A DNA stretch of 32,113 nt from an uncultured Gammaproteobacteria bacterium (lineage in GTDB: Bacteria > Patescibacteriota > Patescibacteriia > UBA11705 > JABHMO01), in contig CAZAKN010000007.1 of NCBI GenBank assembly GCA_964486065.1, positions 1-32,113 of the forward strand, in the 5' to 3' direction. Positions 7,919-18,000 of this stretch are shown here, piece after piece. Numbering within the stretch: position 1 is the stretch's first letter; each line of letters begins with the position of its first letter. The position numbers and the translations under genes are program-made. The notes beneath the pieces are model-generated. The model ran no database searches. It was not told the origin of the DNA and saw nothing but the letters and a program-made list of their open reading frames with translations.

Positions 7919-8695
7919 TTAGTCTTCCAGTGAAGAAAGAAACGGTTTCAGCACTTCCGGCGGATTCATGTATTGATAACCGCCAAAGGCAATCACATCT
8001 TTTCTTTCCGTCACAATGGGCCAACCTCGCTGATGAGCAACTTTCCACAACTCCATCTCGGGCTGAAAACAAATCGGCAAACTTACTTGCTCCAAAAAAT
8101 ATGAATCCGAGTAAGTGTCGCCAATCCCCCAAACATTTTCCATGGGAACGTCACGCGCTTCTTCCGAATCCAAGATTTCTCTGACCTTGTCGGCTTTTGA
8201 TTCACCATGGAACATTTCTCTCACTCCGGTGAAACAACGGCGATTATTGTGATACTTGTCTTCATTAACCAACGCTTTGGTGCCGTAATACTCGTCCACT
8301 TTCCATAATTCAGCAAATTCTCCCACCACATCATGCTGGGAAGTGCTCAGGAAAATCACGCGCCAGCCTTGTGCCAATTTATTGATAATAATTTCGCGAG
8401 TGAAGCGATAAACCTTTTTACCATGTTCTTGCACCACTTCGCGCATCACGGTCTCATACTCGGCCTGATTGACTCCGTCCAAATATTCTTCATACAAATG
8501 GACTATTTCCATCATATAATCATTATAATGACCGTTACGATGTTGCCAATCTTTTTTCAGCTTATGATAACGAACATTAAAGACCTTGGGAAAAACCCCC
8601 AATTCAACCAATTTGTCGCACATATAAAGAAACAACGACCAACGCACGAAAGTTCCGTCAATATCCGAAAACACGATCCCTTTTGCCTTTGCCAT
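7919..8695 (-). CDS. HAD-superfamily subfamily IB (SerB-like) phosphatase
   Basis: Motif I FSDIDGT, motif II FLSTS, motif III GESKAD, motif IV GIGDTYSD. ATG at 8695 is preceded by an AAGGAG RBS. Confidence 0.88.
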   Translation of the reverse strand: MAKAKGIVFSDIDGTFVRWSLFLYMCDKLVELGVFPKVFNVRYHKLKKDWQHRNGHYNDYMMEIVHLYEEYLDGVNQAEYETVMREVVQEHGKKVYRFTREIIINKLAQGWRVIFLSTSQHDVVGEFAELWKVDEYYGTKALVNEDKYHNNRRCFTGVREMFHGESKADKVREILDSEEARDVPMENVWGIGDTYSDSYFLEQVSLPICFQPEMELWKVAHQRGWPIVTERKDVIAFGGYQYMNPPEVLKPFLSSLED

Positions 8696-8735
8696 GATAA
8701 AACTCCTTGCCGGGTGAAAAGTATTAAACATTAAT

Positions 8736-8774
8736 CATGGGACACGGAACATGATTCACGCTCCGTGTTCCATG
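8736..8774. repeat. Intergenic 13-bp inverted repeat between the two HAD genes
   Basis: CATGGGACACGGA (8736-8748) ... TCCGTGTTCCATG (8762-8774), one mismatch. Confidence 0.6.
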
Positions 8775-8871
8775 AAATATGTTTAGAGCTTATTATTTTT
8801 TTAATATTTGAAACTTTGAGCTTATTTATAATCCGGAGCTTGGAATTTTAACCTTACCTGCCATTTTACGC

Positions 8872-9579
8872 TTAACGCGTAAATTCATATTCCACTCCGT
8901 CTTTTTCCACCACCACTTGCCAACCGTTCTTCCGAGCCGTGAGCAATAATGATTGTTTCGGATTGAAACAAATCGCCTTGCCGGCCAAATCCAAATAGTG
9001 CATATCCTTATTTAAAGAACCTATCGCCCATACATTATCTTTTATAATATGTCCGAATTCGGGACGACGCATAATGCTCATTAAGGTTGCTCCGGAATTA
9101 ATTGCTTCGGGAATCAAAGAGGTGAATATACCGTCAATGATTTCATAATCAGCGCTGATCACTTCTTGAATGTTAAACTGACGCGCTACTTTTTCGGCAA
9201 TAGCTCCGGGCAAAACGGATAATCCGATAATCTGCCAATCTTGAGCTGATTTTTCTTTGAGTAAATTATCCGTGTAAAAATATTTGCGATCATGATTTTT
9301 CAAAATGGTGATTTGAGCCACTTTTTCGTAATGCTTTATCTTTGTTCCCGCCAAAAATTCATCATGAGCTTTTTGAACAGCTGAAATATAATCCTCGTAA
9401 TCAAGTTGTTTTTTCCGCCAAGCTTCTTCGGCTTGTTTATAATCAAATAAGGCCAATTTCGGCCAAACTCCTTTTTCAACCAAAGCATCGCACATTAAGC
9501 CCTGCAAATTGCCAGGCAATAAGCATTCATCCAAATTAATGAATAAAATACCTTGTTTGTGCATAAATTTTTTATTCAA
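8872..9579 (-). CDS. Degenerate HAD-IB paralog, probably catalytically inactive
   Basis: Colinear with the downstream HAD (CDALVEKGVWPK vs CDKLVELGVFPK; ICFNP/ICFQP; GWQVVVEKD/GWPIVTERKD), but motif I reads FINLDEC and motif IV GSLNKD. Start may be the ATG at 9564. Confidence 0.8.
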   Translation of the reverse strand: MNKKFMHKQGILFINLDECLLPGNLQGLMCDALVEKGVWPKLALFDYKQAEEAWRKKQLDYEDYISAVQKAHDEFLAGTKIKHYEKVAQITILKNHDRKYFYTDNLLKEKSAQDWQIIGLSVLPGAIAEKVARQFNIQEVISADYEIIDGIFTSLIPEAINSGATLMSIMRRPEFGHIIKDNVWAIGSLNKDMHYLDLAGKAICFNPKQSLLLTARKNGWQVVVEKDGVEYEFTR

Positions 9580-9651
9580 TGCCGAAATTAACTCTATCGG
9601 ATAAGAACTTTAACGCAAATTCACAAAAAAATCAATTTTTCTTGTTTACGA

Positions 9652-9687
9652 ATAAAAACACGCGCTTAATTAAGCGCGTGTTTTTAT
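9652..9687. terminator. Perfect 36-bp palindrome, likely bidirectional intrinsic terminator after ftsZ
   Basis: ATAAAAACACGCGCTTAA|TTAAGCGCGTGTTTTTAT with T-tracts on both strands, 21 nt after the ftsZ stop. Confidence 0.8.
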
Positions 9688-9708
9688 AATATTTACATTA
9701 TATTTGAA

Positions 9709-10980
9709 TTACATCATCTTCCTGCGAATAAAGGCCGGGATTTCCAAATCATCTTCTTTTTTATAATCATTTTTATCTTCTTTATTATCTTCCAAAGCAG
9801 GATCTTGAGATGGCTGTTCTGTCTGAGCTTTTTCCGGCGCACTGAAATCGTCTTTATCTTTTGTCTTGTCTTCAGTTTCCGATGATTCTTCTTTTTGAGT
9901 GGCTTCTTTTTTATCCTCTTTTTCTTCCTCTTCATCCAGCGGATTTATAGGTTTGGCGGCAAAATAATTCGGCGCGCTTTTGGGTATTGATGATTTGGGA
10001 GCGGTTAAAACCGGACTGGTGGTAAAGTCTTCTTCAAAACCGGTAGCCACCACGGTTATTTTAATGCTGTCTTGCATATTTTCATCAATTACCGCACCGA
10101 AAATAATCTTAGCGTCATCATCCACCGCTTCCGTAATGGTCTTGGCCGCTTCACTGACTTCATACATAGCCAAATCAGGTCCACCGGTAATGGTGAAAAG
10201 CAAGCCTTTGGCTCCTTCCATGGACAATTCAAGAAGCGGACTGGCAATCGCCGCTTTGGCCGCTTCAATGGCCCGATTATCTCCGCTTGATTCACCTATC
10301 CCCATAAGTGCGGCGCCACTATCCGACATAATGGTTTTAACATCCGCGAAATCAACATTGATTAGACCCGGCAAAGTAATTAACTCGGCAATACCTTGCA
10401 CGCCTTGGCGTAAAACTTCATCCACCACACCGAAAGCCTCGGCCAAGGGCGTTTTCTTATCAATGATTTGCCAGATTCTGTCATTGGGAATGGTAATCAA
10501 AGTATCAACCTTACCTTTAAACTCTTTCATGGCATCTCCGGCGATCTTTTTTCTCGGCACTCCTTCAAAACTGAAAGGTTTGGTTACCACGGCAATGGTC
10601 AGAGCTCCCAATTCTTTGGCGATCTCAGCGACTTTCGGCCCGGCCCCCGAGCCGGTTCCACCTCCCAAACCGCAAGTGATAAACACCATATCCGCGCCTT
10701 TTAAAACTTCGCGCAATTCATTTTGCGATTCTTCCGCGGACTTTTTTCCCATTTCCGGATTCATACCCGAACCCAAGCCGCGAGTTGTGCTTTTGCCAAT
10801 ATGGACTTTTTCATCGGCCATTGACGATTGCAAGGCTTGCAAATCCGTATTTACGGCAATAAACTCAATCCCTTTAATATCGGATTGAGCCATTCTGTTG
10901 ATAGCTGATCCCCCTCCTCCGCCAACACCAATCACTTTGATCTTGGCAAAAGTTTGAATTTCTGGTTTGACTTCTGGCAT
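9709..10980 (-). CDS. ftsZ: Cell division protein FtsZ
   Basis: IKVIGVGGGG, GLGGGTGSG tubulin signature, INVDFAD, acidic linker, C-terminal DLEIPAFIR. Confidence 0.98.
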   Translation of the reverse strand: MPEVKPEIQTFAKIKVIGVGGGGGSAINRMAQSDIKGIEFIAVNTDLQALQSSMADEKVHIGKSTTRGLGSGMNPEMGKKSAEESQNELREVLKGADMVFITCGLGGGTGSGAGPKVAEIAKELGALTIAVVTKPFSFEGVPRKKIAGDAMKEFKGKVDTLITIPNDRIWQIIDKKTPLAEAFGVVDEVLRQGVQGIAELITLPGLINVDFADVKTIMSDSGAALMGIGESSGDNRAIEAAKAAIASPLLELSMEGAKGLLFTITGGPDLAMYEVSEAAKTITEAVDDDAKIIFGAVIDENMQDSIKITVVATGFEEDFTTSPVLTAPKSSIPKSAPNYFAAKPINPLDEEEEKEDKKEATQKEESSETEDKTKDKDDFSAPEKAQTEQPSQDPALEDNKEDKNDYKKEDDLEIPAFIRRKMM

Positions 10981-11017
10981 ATAAATATTTTTTCAATTGC
11001 TAATATATTTAAATTTA

Positions 11018-12274
11018 TTATGAAACCAAATTTTTAAGCCAATCTTTAACTTTGTCGGCGGTTTCTTTTACCGTTGAACCCACGCGTCCCGTGAAATTAC
11101 CAAAGCCTTTTTCACTCATAGCGTTATAACCCCATTGCACCAAACCGACAGCTACCGTGTACTCCAATTCTCCGGCTTTTTCCGCCGCTGAATTATATTT
11201 TTTACCAACACCGAGAGAAGCCGGTAGCATGGTTTTCTTTTTTGCCACTTCCGGTACTCCCGACAATTTGGCTCCTCCACCGATCAGAACCAACCCGGCC
11301 GGCAATAATCCGCTACGATTAATGCTTTGTAATTGTTCATCAACTTTTTCAAAAATTTCTTCCACTCTGGCTTCAATAATATCAGCCACATATTTTTTAG
11401 AAAAAGTCTGATCATCTCCTCCGAAATCTTTAAGATTTATTTCATCAGATCTTTCAAAATTTTCCGGCACCGCGTCGCCGACTTCCAATTTAACTTTTTC
11501 CGCCACATCCAAAGAAGTCTGCAAGCCGATAGCCAAATCCGCGGTAATATGATCGGCGCCGACAGGTAAAACCGACAAATGCACCATATTTCCTTCTTCA
11601 AAAACAATCAGCTTCGTGGTGGAAGCTCCCATGTCTACCAAAGCCACGCCCAATTCGCGCTGACGAAGTGATAAACATGATTCTCCCGCCGCCAAAACGG
11701 ACAAAACCAAATCATTAATATCCAAACCCGTGCGATAAATACTTTTAGTTAAATTTTTAACTTGCGCGGACAAACCTCGGACCACTTGCGTGGTTACTTC
11801 CAAGCGAATTCCGCTCATGCCGACGGGATCATTAACTCCGCTTTGAGAATCAACTGAAAATGTTTTGGGAATAACATGCAACACTTCGTAATTGACCGGC
11901 GCGGCCACCGCTCTGGCCGCTTCAACAACTCGTTCCACATCACTTTCCTGAATTTCTCCGTTGGTTCGGGCAATGGCGATAACTCCGTTGGTTTCCTGTG
12001 ATTGAATATGCGTCCCGCCTATTCCGACCCAGACAGTTTCAATCGGCATTCCGATCATTCGTTCCGCTTTTTCCAAACACGCGGAAATACTGGAAACCGC
12101 GTCTTCTATTCCCGCCACCGTGCCTTTGTTCACTCCTTGCGCAGGCACCTCCACCGCGCCTATAATGTTCAGGTTTTGCTCTCCGTTTTCTCCGGTTTTG
12201 GCTACCTGCCCCACCACCATGCGGATGACTGATGAACCGATATCCAAACCGGTGATAATTTTGTCTGAAGCCAT
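11018..12274 (-). CDS. ftsA: Cell division protein FtsA
   Basis: GLDIGSS, PVGMSGIRLE, VDMGASTT, IIEARVEEIFE, LIGGGAKL, amphipathic C-terminal helix. Immediately upstream of ftsZ. Confidence 0.96.
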   Translation of the reverse strand: MASDKIITGLDIGSSVIRMVVGQVAKTGENGEQNLNIIGAVEVPAQGVNKGTVAGIEDAVSSISACLEKAERMIGMPIETVWVGIGGTHIQSQETNGVIAIARTNGEIQESDVERVVEAARAVAAPVNYEVLHVIPKTFSVDSQSGVNDPVGMSGIRLEVTTQVVRGLSAQVKNLTKSIYRTGLDINDLVLSVLAAGESCLSLRQRELGVALVDMGASTTKLIVFEEGNMVHLSVLPVGADHITADLAIGLQTSLDVAEKVKLEVGDAVPENFERSDEINLKDFGGDDQTFSKKYVADIIEARVEEIFEKVDEQLQSINRSGLLPAGLVLIGGGAKLSGVPEVAKKKTMLPASLGVGKKYNSAAEKAGELEYTVAVGLVQWGYNAMSEKGFGNFTGRVGSTVKETADKVKDWLKNLVS

Positions 12275-12310
12275 ATGAATTTAAAAATAAATTTCATCTT
12301 TAATACCTTT

Positions 12311-12340
12311 ATTATAATACAAATATATTTTATTTGCCAA
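12311..12340 (-). promoter_or_regulatory. Putative sigma70 promoter for ftsA-ftsZ
   Basis: Minus strand TTGGCA - 18 nt - TATAAT. Confidence 0.45.
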
Positions 12341-12349
12341 CAGTACTAC

Positions 12350-12374
12350 AAAAACCCCTTATTCTAGGGGTTTT
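12350..12374 (-). terminator. Putative intrinsic terminator after dgkA
   Basis: AAAACCCCT-TATTCT-AGGGGTTTT inverted repeat with T-run on the minus strand. Confidence 0.65.
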
Positions 12375-12408
12375 CAGGAAATTTTGTACACATTTTTAGT
12401 TCAAGTAA

Positions 12409-12768
12409 TCAGGAAAAAATGTAAGGCCAAAATATTATCGCGCCAACAATCAAACTGACCAAAGTCGCTAAAAATACCATAGCTGACATAATATCCTTGA
12501 TTTCTTTAATGTAATCATGAACTCTCGGTTTCAAAACATCCGCCATCCGTTCAAAAACTGTGTTCAGCATTTCCAGCATCATAACCATGGTGATCAGAAA
12601 AATTACAATAATCCATTCATAAGCGGTAATGGAAAAATAAACACTGAAAAATATGGCTATAATACCCGCGATCACATGCACGCGAAAATTTTGCTCTTTA
12701 TGAATCAAAGACCCCAGCCCTTTAAAAGCGTACTTGAAACTTTTTAATAATCTTTTGAAATTAATCAT
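12409..12768 (-). CDS. dgkA: Prokaryotic diacylglycerol/undecaprenol kinase
   Basis: SFKYAFKGL, EQNFRVH, EMLNTVFERMAD, IKDIMSAMV, three TM segments. Adjacent to ybeY. Confidence 0.9.
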   Translation of the reverse strand: MINFKRLLKSFKYAFKGLGSLIHKEQNFRVHVIAGIIAIFFSVYFSITAYEWIIVIFLITMVMMLEMLNTVFERMADVLKPRVHDYIKEIKDIMSAMVFLATLVSLIVGAIIFWPYIFS

Positions 12769-12771
12769 AAC

Positions 12772-13194
12772 TTATATTGAATCCAATATTTTTTGTTCCA
12801 AATCTTCCATTTTTTCTGCTTCACTTTCCCGTTCATGATCATAACCCAGAATATGCAAATAACCATGTAAAACCAGTTTCATCATTTCCCGCGTATAACT
12901 GTTGCCGTATTGCTCGGCTTGTTTTCTCGCTTGCGACGGACAAATAATTATCTCGCCCGAAGCTTCGCGCGGCTGTCTATATTCACCCGCTTCAAAAGAC
13001 AATACATCGGTAACTTTATTCTTTCCTCTGTAAGTTTTGTTTAATTTACGCATTTCATTTTCTTTCACCAAAGCCAAGGAAATAACTTCCCTCCCTTTTC
13101 TCTTTAACTTTTTTTGAGCAGTGTTCAATATTGCTTCCAATTTTCTTTTCGGTGCGCGATTCTCGGTTTGATTATTGTATTCAAGTTTAACCAT
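12772..13194 (-). CDS. ybeY: rRNA maturation endoribonuclease YbeY
   Basis: LNKTYRGKNKVTDVLSF, GEIIIC, HGYLHILGYDH zinc motif. Confidence 0.95.
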   Translation of the reverse strand: MVKLEYNNQTENRAPKRKLEAILNTAQKKLKRKGREVISLALVKENEMRKLNKTYRGKNKVTDVLSFEAGEYRQPREASGEIIICPSQARKQAEQYGNSYTREMMKLVLHGYLHILGYDHERESEAEKMEDLEQKILDSI

Positions 13195-13197
13195 AAC

Positions 13198-14388
13198 TTA
13201 AAGCCCCACGCTCGGCGTCTCAATATTGCCATCTTGTCGCAAATAATCAAGTTCAAAACTATCCACGATTAAAGCGAACAAAGCCGGATAATCAGCTTTA
13301 TCTTTTAACCCGATATTATAATTAATGGTGTAAACTCTATCACCCTTGCCGATATACACGGTGAAACCGTCCGGACTTTCCAAAACATCCAAACCGCGAT
13401 AATTTTCATATTTACTCAATTCATCAACATCCACTCCGGGAGCCAAACTGGAATACCACTGCGTGGTGCTGACACTGGGCTGTTTTTCATAAACAATCAC
13501 ATTGATAAATTCCTCAGGACTTAAAGTAATCACCAATTCCCGCGGATCTTCGTCATTCATCGCTTCCACTCTCCATGCTTCCGGATAAATAAAGCTATAG
13601 CCGTAAACTCCGTTTTCATATTCGGTCATAAATGGCGCTTCCCACAAACGACCGGTTCCGGCTTGCAAAGGTGAATAATAATTTTCTATTTCTTCATGAT
13701 CTTGATAACCGTCTTTATCAGAATCAATCAACAGCTGATTGGTACCAAGCAAATCTTCCTCCATATCGGTTAAACCGTCATTGTCCCGATCCGTATTTTT
13801 CAATAAATCAATGGAAAACTCTTTAATATCGGTCGGATCAAATTCTTCCAGTTCCGCTACTTCAATTTCTTCAGGCTCCTCTTCCTCAGCCGGCTCTTCT
13901 TGCGCGGGCGGAGTAAATTCTTCTTCATCTTGTTCCTCTTGATTTTGCTCCTGTCCCAATTGTGTTTGATCGGTTTGATTTTGCCGTGCTACTTGCGTTT
14001 CTTCGGCTTGTCTGACATTTTCCGCCGGTGGAGCGATATAAACCTGCCAAAACAACCAAACCGCCACGGTGATAATGGCCAAGCCGGTCACAGTCACGAA
14101 AAGCAAAAAAAACTTTTTATTACCACTTTTATTTGCTTTAGCGGTTTTAACTTGCTCAGCCACTTTTTTGATTTTTTCATTACCGGGGACGGAAGTGGCC
14201 TTGGCCGCTTCTTTGGTTTGTTCTCCCAAATAATAATCCATGGGCATAGTATGAATCTCTTCTTTCGGTTGGGCGGATTGGTCAACCTGCCGATCCTTTG
14301 CCGGTTTTGCTTCTTGATTTTCCGGTTTTTTATCAGGCATTGGTTTTTTGTTTTCTTCAGGTTTATTATCTTTTACACTGTCAAACAT
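13198..14388 (-). CDS. Single-pass membrane protein with bacterial TSP3-like Ca-binding repeats and a C-terminal PsbP-like domain
   Basis: Low-complexity N-terminus, TM segment FFLLFVTVTGLAIITVAVWLFW, acidic stalk, DRDNDGLTDMEE...DSDKDGYQDHEE, then YENGVYGYSFIYPEAW...IVDSFE (PsbP-like pattern, by eye). Confidence 0.75.
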   Translation of the reverse strand: MFDSVKDNKPEENKKPMPDKKPENQEAKPAKDRQVDQSAQPKEEIHTMPMDYYLGEQTKEAAKATSVPGNEKIKKVAEQVKTAKANKSGNKKFFLLFVTVTGLAIITVAVWLFWQVYIAPPAENVRQAEETQVARQNQTDQTQLGQEQNQEEQDEEEFTPPAQEEPAEEEEPEEIEVAELEEFDPTDIKEFSIDLLKNTDRDNDGLTDMEEDLLGTNQLLIDSDKDGYQDHEEIENYYSPLQAGTGRLWEAPFMTEYENGVYGYSFIYPEAWRVEAMNDEDPRELVITLSPEEFINVIVYEKQPSVSTTQWYSSLAPGVDVDELSKYENYRGLDVLESPDGFTVYIGKGDRVYTINYNIGLKDKADYPALFALIVDSFELDYLRQDGNIETPSVGL

Positions 14389-14547
14389 ATTTTTTATATT
14401 TAAATATTTAATCTAGGAACGCAAAGATATGAATACGGAATACGAAACCGTAAACCCGCACCTCTACTGAGATATCTTTACAAAGATGTCTATCTTTGGA
14501 GACCCCGCATACAATTTAAGCTCTAAACAATTGCAAATTTCCAATTC

Positions 14548-15045
14548 CTAATTTTCAACATCAAAATTCAAAAGCCTGCCCGGACCTTTCGGATTGTAAC
14601 CGGACAACAATTCTTCTCCATCCAAATATCCGTCTCCGTCCGTATCCGCTCGCAAAGGATCGGTGCCGAATCTTTTCTCATCACCATCCGACAAACCGTC
14701 ATTATCCGTATCAAATTTTTCCGGGTTGGTTCTGTTTTTTATTTCTTCGGCATCGGTTACGCCGTCATGATCCGAATCTTTTGTCGCGACATCTCCTTTC
14801 CCTTCTTCCTCTGATTCAATCACTTCCGGCTCCATAGGTTCTTGATCTTCTTCTATCGCTACTTGTTCGTCCGGCAATACATTATCTTGAGCCGGCGTTG
14901 TCCCAAATCTGCTCAAAGCCACCATAGCGATAATGAAAAACAAAACCACAATCAAACCGCCACCCACCAAAAAAAACTTCTTATGCGCGCTTTCCTTTTG
15001 CGGTTGATAATTATATTCTTGATTGTGTAGAAAATCATTTTCCAT
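14548..15045 (-). CDS. Single-pass membrane protein with three TSP3-like DxDxDG Ca-binding repeats
   Basis: TM segment FFLVGGGLIVVLFFIIAMVAL; DSDHDGVTDAEE, DTDNDGLSDGDE, DTDGDGYLDGEE...GYNPKGPG. ATG at 15045 lies 1 nt after the giant gene stop. Confidence 0.8.
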   Translation of the reverse strand: MENDFLHNQEYNYQPQKESAHKKFFLVGGGLIVVLFFIIAMVALSRFGTTPAQDNVLPDEQVAIEEDQEPMEPEVIESEEEGKGDVATKDSDHDGVTDAEEIKNRTNPEKFDTDNDGLSDGDEKRFGTDPLRADTDGDGYLDGEELLSGYNPKGPGRLLNFDVEN

Positions 15046-15046
15046 A

Positions 15047-18000
15047 TTAATATCCTTCAATTACATTGCCTAAAATAGCATTAACCAATTGTGGCATTAA
15101 TTCTTCCAAGGTATCAGCACTGCCTTGCTGATATATACCATGGAAATCCTCGTTATCAGAATAATCGGTGGTATATGCCTGATAAAAATTTTGATATGGA
15201 TTTGTGCCTGATTTGTTGATAAATATCAAATTAACTCTGGCTTTTTTCCCGGCTTCAAGTTGAAGGGCAACCTTTTCCATATCACTATTTTGATATTCCC
15301 AACCTTCACCATCATCATCATTCGGATTGTCCGCGGCATCCGTAACAATAATATAGATTATATTCTGATAATCATTTATTTCTTCAGCGACTTGAAAGAA
15401 ATATTCATTTATCCATTTCGGCATGGGACCGCCTCCACGATACCATCTATTATCTGGCAAACTATATAAACTATCTAATAATTCTTTCACTTCCGTAGCA
15501 TCATCAAAAAATTTTGTTGGCTTGGTGTAATACGCATTATTAACTGGAGAATCCTTTATAGGATCACTAGTCCCTCCGTAAACACTGAAAAAAGTATTGT
15601 TATTATCAATAATCTCATCTGCTTTCTCGGCAATCTCCTCTATGAATGTTTTTTGGAAATTATTTAAATCATTATTAAATTTATCACTATTACCCGGCCC
15701 CATACTGCCGGACAAATCCAAGAAAAACGCAAATAAAGTCGGTTCTGATAAATTAATAAAATTATCTCCTTCAGTATTATCATAAGAATTACTGCAACCC
15801 GGATCTTTCGGATAATCAATCTGTCCGTCATTATCATCATCAACTCCATTCATACAAATCGGTAACCCGTTTTCAAACGCCGGCGTGCTGTCATAAACTA
15901 TGGCTTCTGACAAAACATTATCCAAATTGGGGAAAACTTGATAATCAACTTCTTCTTCTATTTCATCTGTCGGCGGTTCAAATTTCGCGCTCAAACGATA
16001 TCCCAGCCGGTAACTGTCGGTAACATTGGAAGTATAGTAATAAACATAATTTTCTTCCGGATGATTATATATCGGCGCGAACGGCTTATCTTCTCTTTCC
16101 GTTTCATCACGATTATAAAAACCAGCGTCATAACAAGTGCTTTTATCAAATGGTCGGCTACAAGCCACGCATTCATGTCCGGGAACCACGCATTGATTTC
16201 CGACCGAACAACGCAAAGTTTGCCCGTCTTGATCTTGACCGCACAATTCCCCCGCGTAAGCAGAATCGGGACCGTCAAGTCCGGGACTATTCCATTGCAG
16301 ATGATTATACGGATCCAAAGGCAAAAGCGTGCCAAGCGCTGAACCCAATTCATTTTGCCAGCTGGGCCAAATACTGAAGGTATCTCCGCGACTGTAGGTT
16401 CCGCCTTGCAAAAGTGGCACTTCATCATTATGCGATTTTTTGTATAAATCAAGATAATAACGGAGCATCACCATATCTGAAACTCTTTGCGTATTGCGGA
16501 TCAATTTATCTTTTTTAATGATTTCATTATCACCATCGCTGAGATTCAAATTGAATTTCATGAATTGTACCAGCTGAGAAACAATATTGCCGGTAGCTGA
16601 ATTACCATCTTGAGAATAACCCAGCAAATAAATATTATTGTAAACATTATTAACCTCGCCATCGGAATAAAGATTGGTAGCCGCTATATAGGTGGAAGTC
16701 CCATCCTGAATACCTTGATAACAATAGCGACCATAACGATCTTCCAAACAATCCGCTTCAAAAGAGCTTGGCGAACCGGAAACATTCGGAGCATAACGAG
16801 AATACCAAACTTCAGGTGGCAAAAATTCCGGATTCTCATAAACGCGCAAAGAAACCGCGTCCAAAGCTTCATCATTTTGTCTGGCTGAAGCGCGAGAATA
16901 TTCATCATCGCGAGTGAAAAAATATTGAGCCAAAAGCGCGGGTTCTTCCCAAGGATCACCGATTTCTTTGCATTTCGGATCATCCAAATCAATCAATCCG
17001 TTAAAATCATTATCTTCGCCATCATTACATTGATTGGCCCTGTCTTGACCGCTCGTGGCGGTCGCTTCTTCACTTAAGCCCAATGCCTCCGCCAAAGTAC
17101 CCAAATCAACGAACTCAAAATCTCCCACCGGAGTATTATTTTCCGTTCCACGGATATTGTCGCAACTAGAATTACTATCCTCCGCGGTACAATGAGTTAC
17201 CGCTGGCTCACTGATACCGGAAACATTATAATTATTATCAAAATTTACCTTGAAAAATTGTCGATATGTATTTGTACCACTTACATGTTTTCGTAAAATT
17301 AATTCATCAACATAACCGTTCAATGAAGTATTAGGAATATTGGTTTGTCCCATGCCTCCGATATAATAAGCATTATCACCGCTCCAATCATATAAATTTG
17401 TTACCAGCGGATTCATTCTAAATGATCTACTATTTATTGTTACCTCAAATAGATAATTTGGGTCACCTTCAAATCCCTCAGGGTAGTATGTTACCTTTAT
17501 ACGATTAAAACCAAATGGTATTTTTCCCAAACGATGCCCATCCGAGTGGAAGACTTTTTCTTCATCACCTCTTTTCATGCCAACTACTACAATGGCCTCA
17601 TTGGAGTTTCCGGCTTTTCGTAAAGCAATTTGCACATTTCCTCCCGGGAAATTTTTATAAAACAATCTGGCATAGCGATCTTCCGGCGTGTTTACATTCA
17701 AAACCCAAGCATCCAAACTCCATCCTTGGCTACCCATGTCAAAATTTGCCAAGTCCGGTATTTTTACATAATCAAAATTCTTATCAAAATATATACCACT
17801 TCTGGTTCCCCCTTCCAGTTCGTAAAAACTCGCGCTCTTCAAAGCCAGTTTCGGCAAATCATCATGCAAACCGTAAGGCGCACACATCTCATTACCGATT
17901 CCCAAGCAGGGAGAATCTTCCTTCGGCTTATTATATAAATCATAATCTGTACTCGGATCACACAGCGTGACGCCGTCTTGGCAAACATAAACCGGTCGGC

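Noticed and set aside
7825-8124. Identical 13-mer TAAGTGTCGCCAA at 7825-7837 and 8112-8124
   Set aside because: One copy is the coding motif IV of the HAD gene. It does not bound any recognisable element and is plausibly chance.
7636-8132. Short ORFs 7636..7845 and 7845..8132 on the minus strand
   Set aside because: No recognisable motifs. One overlaps the HAD gene out of frame and the other covers the nrdD promoter region.
9980-10888. 302-aa plus-strand ORF and the many other plus-strand ORFs in the track
   Set aside because: Antisense shadows of ftsZ and other well-supported minus-strand genes, with no motifs.
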